DNA from: Octopus vulgaris
Lineage: Eukaryota
NCBI GenBank assembly: GCA_951406725.2
Contig: OX597815.1
Coordinates: 50,220,001-50,284,000 of the forward strand
Direction of reading: 5' to 3'
DNA: 64,000 nucleotides
Below, piece by piece: positions 52,998 to 64,000 of the stretch. The position numbers were made by a program, and so were the translations under genes. Each line of letters starts with the position of its first letter. Positions within the stretch are counted from its first letter, which is position 1. The notes under the pieces are model-generated. The model was given only the letters and a program-made list of their open reading frames with translations, searched no databases and was not told the origin of the DNA.

Positions 52998-53902
52998 GCA
53001 GAATGCCTAAGAATGTATTTGAATTGCCTAATAAAGAGAATGAGTGATTCAAAGTACAAGCCATATTTATGAAGGAGTTGACAACTGTTTTATGTTTTTT
53101 ACATGCATTCTGCATTCAATTTTCTATCTAGATTACGATAGCAAGAGACCAGCCAATAGTTATCAAATGGTTCTGATTCATAATTGTTTTTGTTATTATT
53201 TTGTTTCATTCTGGGTTTTTTTAAAAACCATTCTAAAACATTTTTCCTTTCTACCTTTACAATTCCAGCTAAATATTTCGAAATTCCTTTCAAAAAGAAA
53301 TTATTGGATATAGAACCAGTAATATATTGACAACATATAAAATATAAAGATAAATTATTTCTCACATATGAATATAGGCACCATGTATTAAAAGAAAGTA
53401 GTATAGTCAACCCACCATAATTGATAGCAATATTTTACTGATACTTATTTTATTGCAAGCCTGATTGTATTTGGATTTACTTGCTGAGACCAAATATTGT
53501 ATCCATTTCTGTTACAAATTCCCAAAACCAATACAATTACTACCTATGCAAATACAAGATACAGTACTAACTTATCTATCACCAGAAAGGTAAATTCATC
53601 CTCCATTGAGGAGTGAGAAGTTACATTGAATTATAATTTGTGGTTGAGTATACCACAGATAGTTGTACCCTTATCTTAACTTTCATAAAAATTAATGTGA
53701 CAATGTGTATGACAAAGCTGGTTTTTTTAATTACTGATACAGTTCAAGACAGCTAGATCAAACCCAGAACCCAATGCTTGTTTAGCAAACTTATAAATGC
53801 TTCAGCCATGCCAATGCCAATCAGGACCTGTTATGGCATGGACACACTAAGCAGTTGACTAGGAGCCCCACTGGTTCTAGTGGCCCAATTATGATCAATT
53901 TA

Positions 53903-55149
53903 TCAGGTTGTAATGAAAGTTCTGTCTTTTTATTTTTCTTTGAAGAATAACTATAAGACATGATTACACTAATCTAGTTTCTAAATGATATTTGTAGCTA
54001 TCTAAATCACTAAAATGTTATTTCTTCTTTCAGATGACACGAATATACACTTCAAGTAAAGAGCACACACAGCATGATTTGCTATTTGAATTCCAGAAGG
54101 GGAATACAGCAAGTTCAGCACCAAAATTATGCAAAAACATGTATGGAAATATGGTGAATGAAAGGACCTAGAGAAGAAAGGGTGACTTCAAAAAGGATGA
54201 CTTCAGTCTAAAAGAAGCAAGAGAAGGACACCCCAAAGGACTCAATTCTTAGGAATTGCAAGCTACTGTGGATGAAAATCCAACCATTACAACTAGGGAA
54301 CTGAGCAAGGAGATTAATATGGGCCATATAACCATCTACTGTGAAATAACAGAAGGCTTGGTAAAGTCTCCAAGGCAGGAAGATGGATTCCACATGATCT
54401 GTCAAAAAACAATCACAAACAATGTGTGGACTGCTGTGACTCATTGCATTCCCATGAACTTCAAACATCTTTTCTATTTTTTAGACAGAATCATTACTGG
54501 CAATGACTAGTGAATTCTCTACAATAATGTTAAGTGCAAAAGACAGTGGCTCAGCCGTAATTCAAGGCCTATCCAGCAGCCTCGAAGTGGTCTGCATTCA
54601 AAGAAGATTCTTTTGAGGGTATGGTGGGACATGAGGGGAATTGTTTATTATGAGCTCTTTAGATGACAATCAAACAATAACAGCTGAAGTTTATGGCCAG
54701 CAGTTAAGATGTTTAAAAACAGTTTTGCAGGGTAAACGGCCTTCATTGGTAAACAGGAAAGGAGTGATCCTGCAGCATGATGATGCCAGACCCCACACTG
54801 CAAGAGTGACCAAGAATTTCCTAGAAGAATTTGACTGGGAAATTATGCTTTACCTACCATATTCTCCTGAACTTGCTCCAACAGATTACCATCTTTTTAG
54901 AAGCTTACAGAATCATTTCGCAGGACTTTGGTTAACTTCAAGAGAAGAGGTTGAAATGAAGCTAGTTTCTTTTTTTGGGTCAAAACCAAATGAATTTTAT
55001 GAAAAGGGTATCAAAAAGCTTAGGGAAAGATGGGAAGATGTCATTGAGAAGAATGGTGACTATGTCGATGATTAAATAAATCTATCATTGGCTGCATTTT
55101 CATTTTTATTTCAATTAGAAAACTGGACAGAACTTATGTTACAACCTGA
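53903..55149 (+). mobile_element. Full-length (1247 bp) but inactivated mariner DD34D transposon
   Basis: 24-bp TIRs tcaggttgtaatgaaagttctgtc / gacagaacttatgttacaacctga with TA on both sides. Confidence 0.95.
54034..55075 (+). pseudogene. Mariner transposase pseudogene
   Basis: Motifs FLDRIITG, VWWD, QHDDARPH...PYSPELAPTDYHLFRSLQN with 34 residues between the 2nd and 3rd catalytic D; stops and frameshifts upstream. Confidence 0.93.
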
Positions 55150-55357
55150 TATGTTGTGGCTCACTATCAATAAAAAATATTATAGAGCCCAGTGCATTGA
55201 TTTGCCTACAAAGTTACTAAGACAGCCCCAGTGCCAATATCAAGATAAATGTGACACCAAACACTATCAAAATGAACACAACACATAATACCAAATTTCT
55301 TATCAAAATCATGATTCTAACACAGTTATTGTCTTGATCATTTAATGCCACATTTAT

Positions 55358-55810
55358 TGGATTCAAATTTTGGCACAAGGCCAGCAACTTTTGGGGAGGG
55401 GTAAGTCAATTACATCCCCACCTCAGTTCTCAGCTGGTACTTATTTTATCAACCTCAAAAGAATAAAAGGTAAAGTCGATCTTGGATGAATTTGAACTCA
55501 GAGCATAAAGATGGATGAAATGCCACTGAGCATTTATTTTGCCCAGCATGCTAATGATTCTGCCAGCTCACCACCTTATATTGTCACAAATGTTGATTTC
55601 AAATTTTGGCACAGGGGCCAGCAAGTTCGTGGCAGGGATTAAATCAATTACATTGACCCCACTATTTAACTGGTATTTACTTTTTCAACCCTGAAAGAAT
55701 GAAAACCAAAGTCAACCCCAGTAGCATTTGAACTGAAAGCATAAAGACGGATGAAATACCACTAACCATTTTACCCAGCATGCTACTGATTTTGACAACT
55801 CACCACCTTA
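55358..55810 (-). mobile_element. Two tandem Deu/Nin-domain SINE copies
   Basis: Duplicated gattYaaattttggcaca...cagcatgctaMtgatt...caccaccttatattg units (~55358-55578 and 55593-55810). Confidence 0.8.
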
Positions 55811-56583
55811 TATTGCCAAAGATATTAACAAAACATCTGATCACAACCTTCAATAAAAAGTTTTATCATAAAATTCTTCAGAACTGTCACCAGCAGCATT
55901 GCTGACCAGAACTTGTTTTATTGTTCTTTCAGTAGGCATGAACATAGCTTTGCAGTTAAGACATCTTTGCTTCCCAGCCAAGTAAGATTTGAACTCAGAA
56001 CACAGCGAGTCAGAACAAGTATCATATAACATTGTATTTGGTGGTTTACTGATTCAGCCAATATGACATCTGGTAGGAACTGTAACCGTCTGATGCTATC
56101 AGCATCTGGTGGTAAGGTTCCAGTTTTAGGAGTTGTGATGTGTGTGGAATCACCCCTTTATTACCAGTATTCTCACATCCATTCAGACCTGTCAGGGTCC
56201 TATCTATGGATTAAATAGCTTTTTGTAAATTGAGTAGATTGAGTTTCCTTAGCTGCAATGAAAGCAAACAATCTAGGACAAGGAAAATCCCAAAATTAAT
56301 ACCCTCTTCCAAAATGCCCTAAGCCTGCACAAAAGAGTATGTCTGATGAAACTAACATGAGCTATGTCCAATAACATACTCTGATACATACTCTGAAGGT
56401 AACTACCTCGTGTCAGTGTGCATTCTGCTGCAGGTGGAGAAAGTGGGAGATGATGATGATGATGATGATCAGTCTCACAGAATTTTTAAGTTTACAACAT
56501 AAAATTTGTCAATAAAAGCATTTGTATCATCCACAAATAGTTAGAAAAGATATCAGTTGAAATGAGGAAACAAAATTTACACA

Positions 56584-56748
56584 GGTGTAGGTATGGCTGT
56601 TTTGCAAAGAGGTTCGCTTAGCAACCACGTGGGTTTGGGCTCAGTTCCATGGCACATCAGCTCAAAAAATATCTTCTACCAACTTCTGCCAACTAATGCC
56701 TTGTGAGTGAATTTAGTATACAGAAACAGAGTGGGAGCCCAGCGTATA

Positions 56749-56780
<32 letters not shown>

Positions 56781-56950
56781 CAGCCTGTCCCTTTCTAACT
56801 TAGCAGTTTGATAAAAAGAAAAAAAAGACCACTACAATAAGCACTAGACATAAAATAAGTACTAGGGTTGATTTGATCAACTAAGCCCTTCAATGCAGAG
56901 CCCAAAATGGCTGTAGTCCAATGACTGAAACCAGTAAAAGAATAAAAGAT
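56584..56950 (+). mobile_element. Dominant SINE, diverged
   Basis: Head, (TG)n and tail recognisable. Confidence 0.7.
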
Positions 56951-57601
56951 GAATAAAAAAGTAATTACTTTAGCCATTCAAAATGTGTAAAGTGACTGAT
57001 TAAAATGGAAATGCTTCTACTAGTGATCAACCTAACCCTGTATGAGTTTTATAAATTAGCTTGTAAACAACTGCAAGTTATTCCAGAGAGAAAAAAAAAA
57101 GTATTTTAAAATTTTGCATCAAAATGTTATTAATGACTGGAAAATTTTGATAGTCTTTCAGCAAAAAAAGAAAAAAAGAAAAATTATTTGACAAAACTAT
57201 GATGAGATCTACAGTGGAATGATTCCTGACTGCTCACAGTTTGGGGTTTTATTGTTTTTAATTACTTTTTATCACATATTTGAATCTAAAGCTTGCTTTG
57301 TTTTGTCTTCATGGTAATAAGCAGCATCTAGGATATATGGGAAATAGGGAAATACATAAAAGAATATGGTGGAATAATTATGACATGAAGCAGCCAGGAA
57401 AAATGGACATAACTGTATAGAAATTGATAGGAAGACGGAAGCATAACAGCACTTTAATGAAGCATTGAAGTCAGTGTACATAAATCAAGAAATAATTATT
57501 TCATTGGCTAACATAAAGGTATATTACATTTGACAAAAACTAAGGAAGTGTTTAGGATAAATTAGATACCTATGAAGTATAAATAGGCACATACACAACA
57601 C

Positions 57602-57648
<47 letters not shown>

Positions 57649-60149
57649 ATGCCAATGCAATATACACATAAGCACATCTCTATGTGTGGCTTTATAATCT
57701 ACATTTTTATACAACTATACACATATATAAAATAGAAGCCTTGATACATGCATTGTTTGTGTTTTGTGTGCGTGTATGTGTGATCATGTGTGTAACTCTA
57801 ACACTGCAAGAATGTAAACATATAAAGTTAAAACAAAACGAAAAAATATATAAAAGAACTGATCCAAATTTTATGTTTTCAAGTTTGATATTATTGACCC
57901 AACACACAAGGAAATAACATCATGCATCAGGGATATGAAATTTTACAAAATAAAATAGCAAAACAAACTGAGTCAGCTGAAAAACTTTCTATACGACAAG
58001 TAGATTTCTCCTCTATGCTAAAGAACAGCTTCAAAACATTTTTCAGAGCTATTAAAAGAAATTGTTTTTAAAACAACAATAGCAAAAACCAATAGAAAAG
58101 TAAAAGAGATTAGCCTTATTTTGGAGAGAGGAATGATCACCCGAGCTGCAAGGACTTTGTAAAATGAAATGAGGTGGTACAACTTACTAAATGACGAACA
58201 CAAAAGGAGCGCTTCACATATTCTATATGGCTAAAGGAATCACAGATATGAAAATAAGCATCGTCCATAGAGAAATGAAAAGCAGGAAGTTTGAAAGAAT
58301 ACAACAAACAGGATTAGAAACTGGCCATACATCATTAATTTAAGAGGGAGAAAAAAGAAAGAGAATCCAAACATATAGACATATCAATCCATTTCCTGCA
58401 AATATATGCACACATACATATATATACATGGATACATACATATATTATAAATATATGCCTGTCAGAATAAACACACATTTTCACAAAGTTTACCTAAATG
58501 CATTTATGTATAAAAGGATATATGTGTTTATGTCCACACACATACTGCACATATTGGTACTCTCTTCAAATTGAAAAGATAGATACACATGCATGCACAT
58601 GCACACACATTTCAGTGTATGCACACATGTATATTCTATAAAAGAATTATACTGTTGCTTATTGGTATTTTTATATCAAAGTTTTACAAATTTTGTTGTT
58701 ATGGACATTTTGCTATTGTTTTACTTTTTAAACAAATATTTTCACTTATATCTTTTAGCAATGTTTAATGTATTTTTTTCTGTTCTTTTCTGTTATTTTA
58801 TATTATTTTTTTTATTATAAAACTCCCTTTTCAATATTCTGCAAAGAAAATTACTGTTTAATTCCGTCTAAAGTAAAAATTGCAGTGGAATAATACAATT
58901 AATGTTCCGTTATTTTCTGCTCCTATCGTTATCGCCAAAGATAATGAAAACAAAAAAAATAACAAAAGCAAAAAGCAAAAAAAAAAAACACAGAAAGACA
59001 AAACAATAAAAGTAGACAACTTTGCAGGAGTATTTCCTATTTAACATAAGAAATCAAAATTAAATTTCAACAAGCTTTATGACTTCCAAATACTTTGTGG
59101 AACAGTGCAGAAAGAAATGATCAACAAATATTTATTTCAAAGAATTAACATCACTTCTGCACAAGATTAAATTAGTTGTTGCTACAATTATTATTGTTGT
59201 AAAAAGAGAGAGAGAAGCTGAAGTTTTATGTGTTTAGATGAATGAGGTGTGTGAATGTGTGTGTGTGTGGAGAAAGTTCTTTGGCTGTTGTTTTTCTACA
59301 TCTTCCGCCACGCTCACATACCTTTTCAAATAATCTTTTTATAGTATTGTCTATATATTTACATTGGTTAATTTTTTTTTTATTTGGCATTATGAACAAA
59401 TAAGCAAAACCTAAAACACACACAGACACATTATTGTTCCATATCATATCTATCGATAATTCATTGATATATAGATAAAACTATTATTTGATATAGTTTA
59501 AAAGAACTATGATTTATATTTTAAGCTACAAGTAGAGTCAATTATCAATATGTAATCAGATTATTCTACTAATGTTTATAATTAACTCCCATTACTGTCA
59601 CAAGTTAAATAGAAAGTCTATCCAAAACAGCATCACAATAAATTTGTTACTAAGAAAACATATATACACACCCATATATACAAGTATATATATTCATGCA
59701 AACAAATATATAGATACGCATACATATATTTATATATATATATATACACACATATAAATATATATATATACATACACACAAATACACACATACATAAAGA
59801 CATATATTCACACACACAAACACACATATATTATGTGTGTATGCAATTATGGTTAACATGTCCATTTATATTCAAACATGGGAAAACCTTCACTACACAG
59901 AAACTGTCTTGGAAGAGAAATTCTCCTCATAGACAATGTTGGTGCTATGATCTGCACCAATATATTAGCTCATATAGAAACAATGAGTCATTTGGAATAT
60001 GTATACCAGATTAACAAATAGTTAGTCTATCAAGCAAAGTAAAAGTTGAGCCAAATTCAAAGCCCTTTCTCCAAGGTTCTGTCTGATAAAATTTCTAAAA
60101 TCTGCAACTCATATATCATCAAAATGAGCTGGTAAAGAAGCTTCTACAT

Positions 60150-60423
60150 CAGTGGTTTCCAACTAGGGTCAGTATAGCCCTTGAGTGTTATTATGAGCAT
60201 TTAGGGCTCCATATAAGATTTGGTTGTTAAAATATTTTATGTATTGAAATATAATCAATTTATTGCAGATAAATTTTAAGAATTTATTTCACACAATTCC
60301 AAATAATATCTAATTATAAAAGTATAAGATTTTTTTTAAAACATCAAATGGATCAGAGGGTCCAGTTGAGTAAAATAGGAATCAAGTGTAAAAATAGGTA
60401 AAAAAAATGGTTGAGAACTAGTG
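60150..60423. mobile_element. hAT/Charlie-type MITE
   Basis: cagtggtttccaac...gttgagaactagtg TIRs; 8-bp TSD ttctacat/ttcaacat. Confidence 0.75.
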
Positions 60424-61009
60424 TTCAACATGACTGTTTTATTTGTTAGAAATAGAAGCTAAATATTCCTCAAATTCTGCCTGGCTTTTGCAAAGAAAAG
60501 GAAAGAATACATTGAACAATATAGATTTAAACATATAAAAAGACATTATGGTCGTAGTTGGGTTGTCTTTGATATTTTATAATTATAGCACCAGCTTGGA
60601 ACCAGCAACAACCAACACTCTCAGAACTGTGTTTAGAAGTAACAGTGCACTGCAAAATTCCTCATCACAATAATAAAACCTGCCCAAGAGTAGTTAACAC
60701 TTAGTTATACTAATAACAGCTCATACACTTGCAGAAAAAATCTTAAAAGGAGAAATTAGGAGTTTCTCTAAAGGCAAGTATAAAGGAATATGAGAAAGTC
60801 TTAGAGGGAAGTGAAACAACCAAGAGAGGAATAGCTAAACCACTATGAAATCTGAATTTCCACAAATCATAAAGAACTATATTGGGAACTTTGGAAAAAT
60901 TTTAGAACATGGTACTTATAATACTTAGTAATAACCTAGTCAATTATCTTAGCATGGACCATAACTCAATATAGCAGCATTTAGTGAAAAATATAGTTAA
61001 ATAACTTTA

Positions 61010-61388
61010 ATCTTTTATCTTTTGCTTGGTTCAGTCACTAGACTGTGGTCAAGTTGGGGCTCTGCCTTGAAGAATTTTGGTCGAATAAATCAACCCCTGT
61101 ACTTATTTGTTTTCAAGCCTGGTACTTATTCTATCAGTCTCTTTTTGTCAAACAGCTAAGTTACAGAGACATAACCACACTAACATCAGTTGTCAAGCAG
61201 TGGTGGGGGACAAACACACACACACAATGGGTTTCTTTCAGTTACCATTTATCAAATCCACTCAAAAGGCTTTTGTTGGCCCAATATTATAGAAGATACT
61301 TGTCAAAGGTGCCTCTCAGTGGGACTGAACCTGGACCCATGTAGTTGGGGAAGCAAACTTCTTACCACATAGCCACACCTCACCTATG
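61010..61388 (-). mobile_element. Dominant SINE
   Basis: Reverse complement, head to tail. Confidence 0.85.
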
Positions 61389-63374
61389 TAACATAGATTA
61401 AAGATGCTCTGACGGATGAACTGGCCTGTGGAATAAGAGCCTTACTACACTTACTGTATTACACTTAGTAGATATACATTCTGATGTATGTCCAGGAATG
61501 AGACACATGGTGATATTGCAACTCAAGTCAGTGGAAATATAGTGTTTATATTCTTTTACTGAGTTGATCTCAAAGAAGGGGTCTTTATTCAATACTTTCA
61601 TAAAACTGAAAAGTTTAAAATGTAAATATAAATATTTTTCTAATAATAAATATTGCATTTCAGTGCTTATGGCCATGGCTTATTATAAAACATTTTCATA
61701 ATGGTTTTACATTTTATCAAATATATCAAAAGTAAAATGTTTTGTTTCTGAGATTCTTTCAGAATGAAACAGTGCCCATGATGGATCAGAACTCATCATA
61801 AGTTAGGAACTGCTTTTATTAGTTATTATATGCTAATTCCATTTTAGCATCAGTTTGTAAATCTGACAGATCTCAAAGATTTGTATGTGAGAATGTTCAT
61901 CATATGGAAGGAAGGAAAGAAAGGAGAGAGAGAGAACGAATGATGGCAGAGTATGAAAGAAGATGCAGACAGATATTCAGACAGAGAGAAAAATAGAGGG
62001 GGGATGGAAGGAGAGAGAGAGATTTAATCAAATAGATTTATAGCAAGGGAGTAATCAATTGATCATTAGGTGATGATAAAAACAAATCAACAGATATGAA
62101 TGAAGTCATCTATTTTTTTACCACTTGTCATAGTGTATTAGTCTCTTGAGAAAATAAAAAAAAAATCTGCTAAGTTGACAACGACAATATTTCAAATAAA
62201 ACCTCTAAATCCCTGAAGATCTATCAATTATACAGTTTACATTAGCAAAGTCCAAATAAGTTCACATCTGTTTGAATACATGTGGATTTATGTTTGTAAA
62301 AGTTAAGTTGCAACACAAAACTAGGTTTGAGATGTTTACTCAATTTTTTTTTCTTTTTGCTTTTCTTTGTTTGAACAATAGAGGATGATAAGATGCCAAA
62401 TAAAATTTAGTGTCTCAGAATGAACAAAAGATATTTTAGAAATGTCTTTATGCACAAACTGTATCACAAAAGAATGAGACAAAACATTTTCAAATGTCAC
62501 CATTAGATTACAGAAGTGAAGAAACAATTTCTGAAATAGCATGTTTTATTCTTTCATAAGGAATTAAGCAGTTTTCCCCCTCCTTTAATTAAAAGATCCA
62601 ATAGCAATGAACAAAATCATTAACAGAAGTAGTTCTAATTTCCTACAGGAGAGTAATTTGAATATTGAGAAGACTACTTGTAAATCTGTTAAGTATATGA
62701 CCTATGAATTCTCTTTACACACACAAAAAAAGACAGCTAACAACCAAGTCACTGCTGAGAGAGCATTCTCCTTGTCTCACTTTCACCTTTAAACATGTTG
62801 TGCTATGAAATGTTTCTGTCACTTATTGATTCAATGATTAAATAAGAATTGTAACACCAATCAAGGGAGCTAAAATCAATAAAGCACCAATAAAAGAGAA
62901 CTAGAACTGCAAAACAGTTGCAGGTAGCAACAATAACTTAGGTCTATTAACAGTTATTGGTACTAAAATATACTGGCACAGTCGACCAGTGAGTTTGAAC
63001 GTTAGCCAGTAGGCTTTTGCAATATCTGGCTGTAAAAGTTACTTATCTTGGAACTCATTGTCTTTTCTAAAATGACTATTATTTTAGTCAATATATCTTA
63101 GCAAACAACCACAAGATCCCAAATAGTTCTAGTAAATAATTAATGTTTATACTGTTAAGAAGTTCAATTAAAATAAGAAATTGATTATCTGGAATTTAAT
63201 AACTTGGCATTTAATCATTCTTGAATACGTATAATTGTCATGGAATGTTGTGATGTCTGCACAGAAAACTCAATCAGTCAAGTACATTAATTCTAGTACA
63301 GAAAGCAGCAAACTCAACCCCAGATTCACAGTTCTCAGATATGGTATCACTTTATTCATGCTTCTAATGCATTT

Positions 63375-63840
63375 GTCATTATCATCATTAAATATCCATT
63401 ATTTCATACTCGCATGGGTTGGACGGAATTTGTGGTGAAGGATTTTCTAAGGCTGGATGCTCTTCCTGTCGCAAACACTCACCTGTTTTCAAGTAAGGTA
63501 TTATTTTCCCATGACCAGACATATTTTGGCAGAAGAGTAGAAATGAAGGACACTGCTGGCATGATGGTAACATTCATTTAAAACCATCATGTGATGTCAA
63601 GGCAAAGAGGCAGTAGCACATGCTTTCATATACACACACACAAGGACTGAGATATCTGGTGCCTTGCTGTGCTCAAAAAGGCCCATCTGTCTCTGTGGAG
63701 TGGGTAGTGTTAAGAAGAACATCCAGCAGTAGAAATCATGCCAGAACAGACAATGGAGCTTGATGCGACCCCTGGCCTTACCAGTTCCAATCAAACCACC
63801 CAGCCCATACCAGTATTGAAAATGGACATTAAATGATGAT
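63375..63840. mobile_element. Two RTE-tailed SINE-like fragments in opposite orientation
   Basis: 63375-63610 (-; homologous to 50560-50800 and 14990-15250) and 63655-63840 (+). Confidence 0.7.
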
Positions 63841-64000
63841 ACATATACATTATTATTATTATTATTATTATTATATGATTGAACGCCATGCATCCTCTTC
63901 CAAGTTTTATATATATATATAATGGGCATCTTTTAGTTTCCCTCTACCAAATCCACTCACAAGACTTTCACCAAGCATAGGCTATAGTAGAAGACACATG

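Larger units (their letters stand above)
53822..55230. mobile_element. hAT-type MITE split by the mariner insertion
   Basis: 8-bp TSD atgccaat/gtgccaat (53814-53821, 55231-55238); degenerate caggRc...gcccc termini. Confidence 0.6.

Noticed and set aside
52637-53115. Poly-Leu/Ile/Asn ORFs resembling transmembrane proteins (also 5227-5565, 26966-27398)
   Set aside because: (ATT)n microsatellite artefacts.

Overview
AT-rich, repeat-dense eukaryotic DNA with no recognisable host protein-coding ORF. It is most likely intronic or intergenic sequence from an octopus or other coleoid cephalopod; this is inferred from the SINE repertoire, not from a marker gene. Nearly all ORFs in the supplied track are microsatellite or SINE artefacts. 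The real protein-derived content is decayed transposons: two mariner elements (one full-length DD34D copy with TIRs), a DD41D/rosa-like Tc1/mariner fragment, an RTE LINE 3' part and Penelope-like GIY-YIG remnants. There are also dozens of tRNA-derived SINE copies (CORE-, Deu/Nin- and Meta-like, plus RTE-tailed elements), piggyBac- and hAT-type MITEs, a solo LTR and a Helentron-like element. The two most interesting observations are: (1) a TSD-flanked element at 26.9-27.4 kb that combines a Pol III tRNA-like head, a microsatellite and a minimal hammerhead ribozyme in a Penelope-style inverted duplication, a candidate Penelope-mobilised SINE or retrozyme; (2) an unrelated TSD-flanked element of the same architecture at 40.85-41.15 kb with a 90-bp near-perfect inverted repeat and a structured core. 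Candidate frame-preserving microexons on the minus strand are weaker. All coordinates were read by eye; ends of degenerate repeats are approximate.
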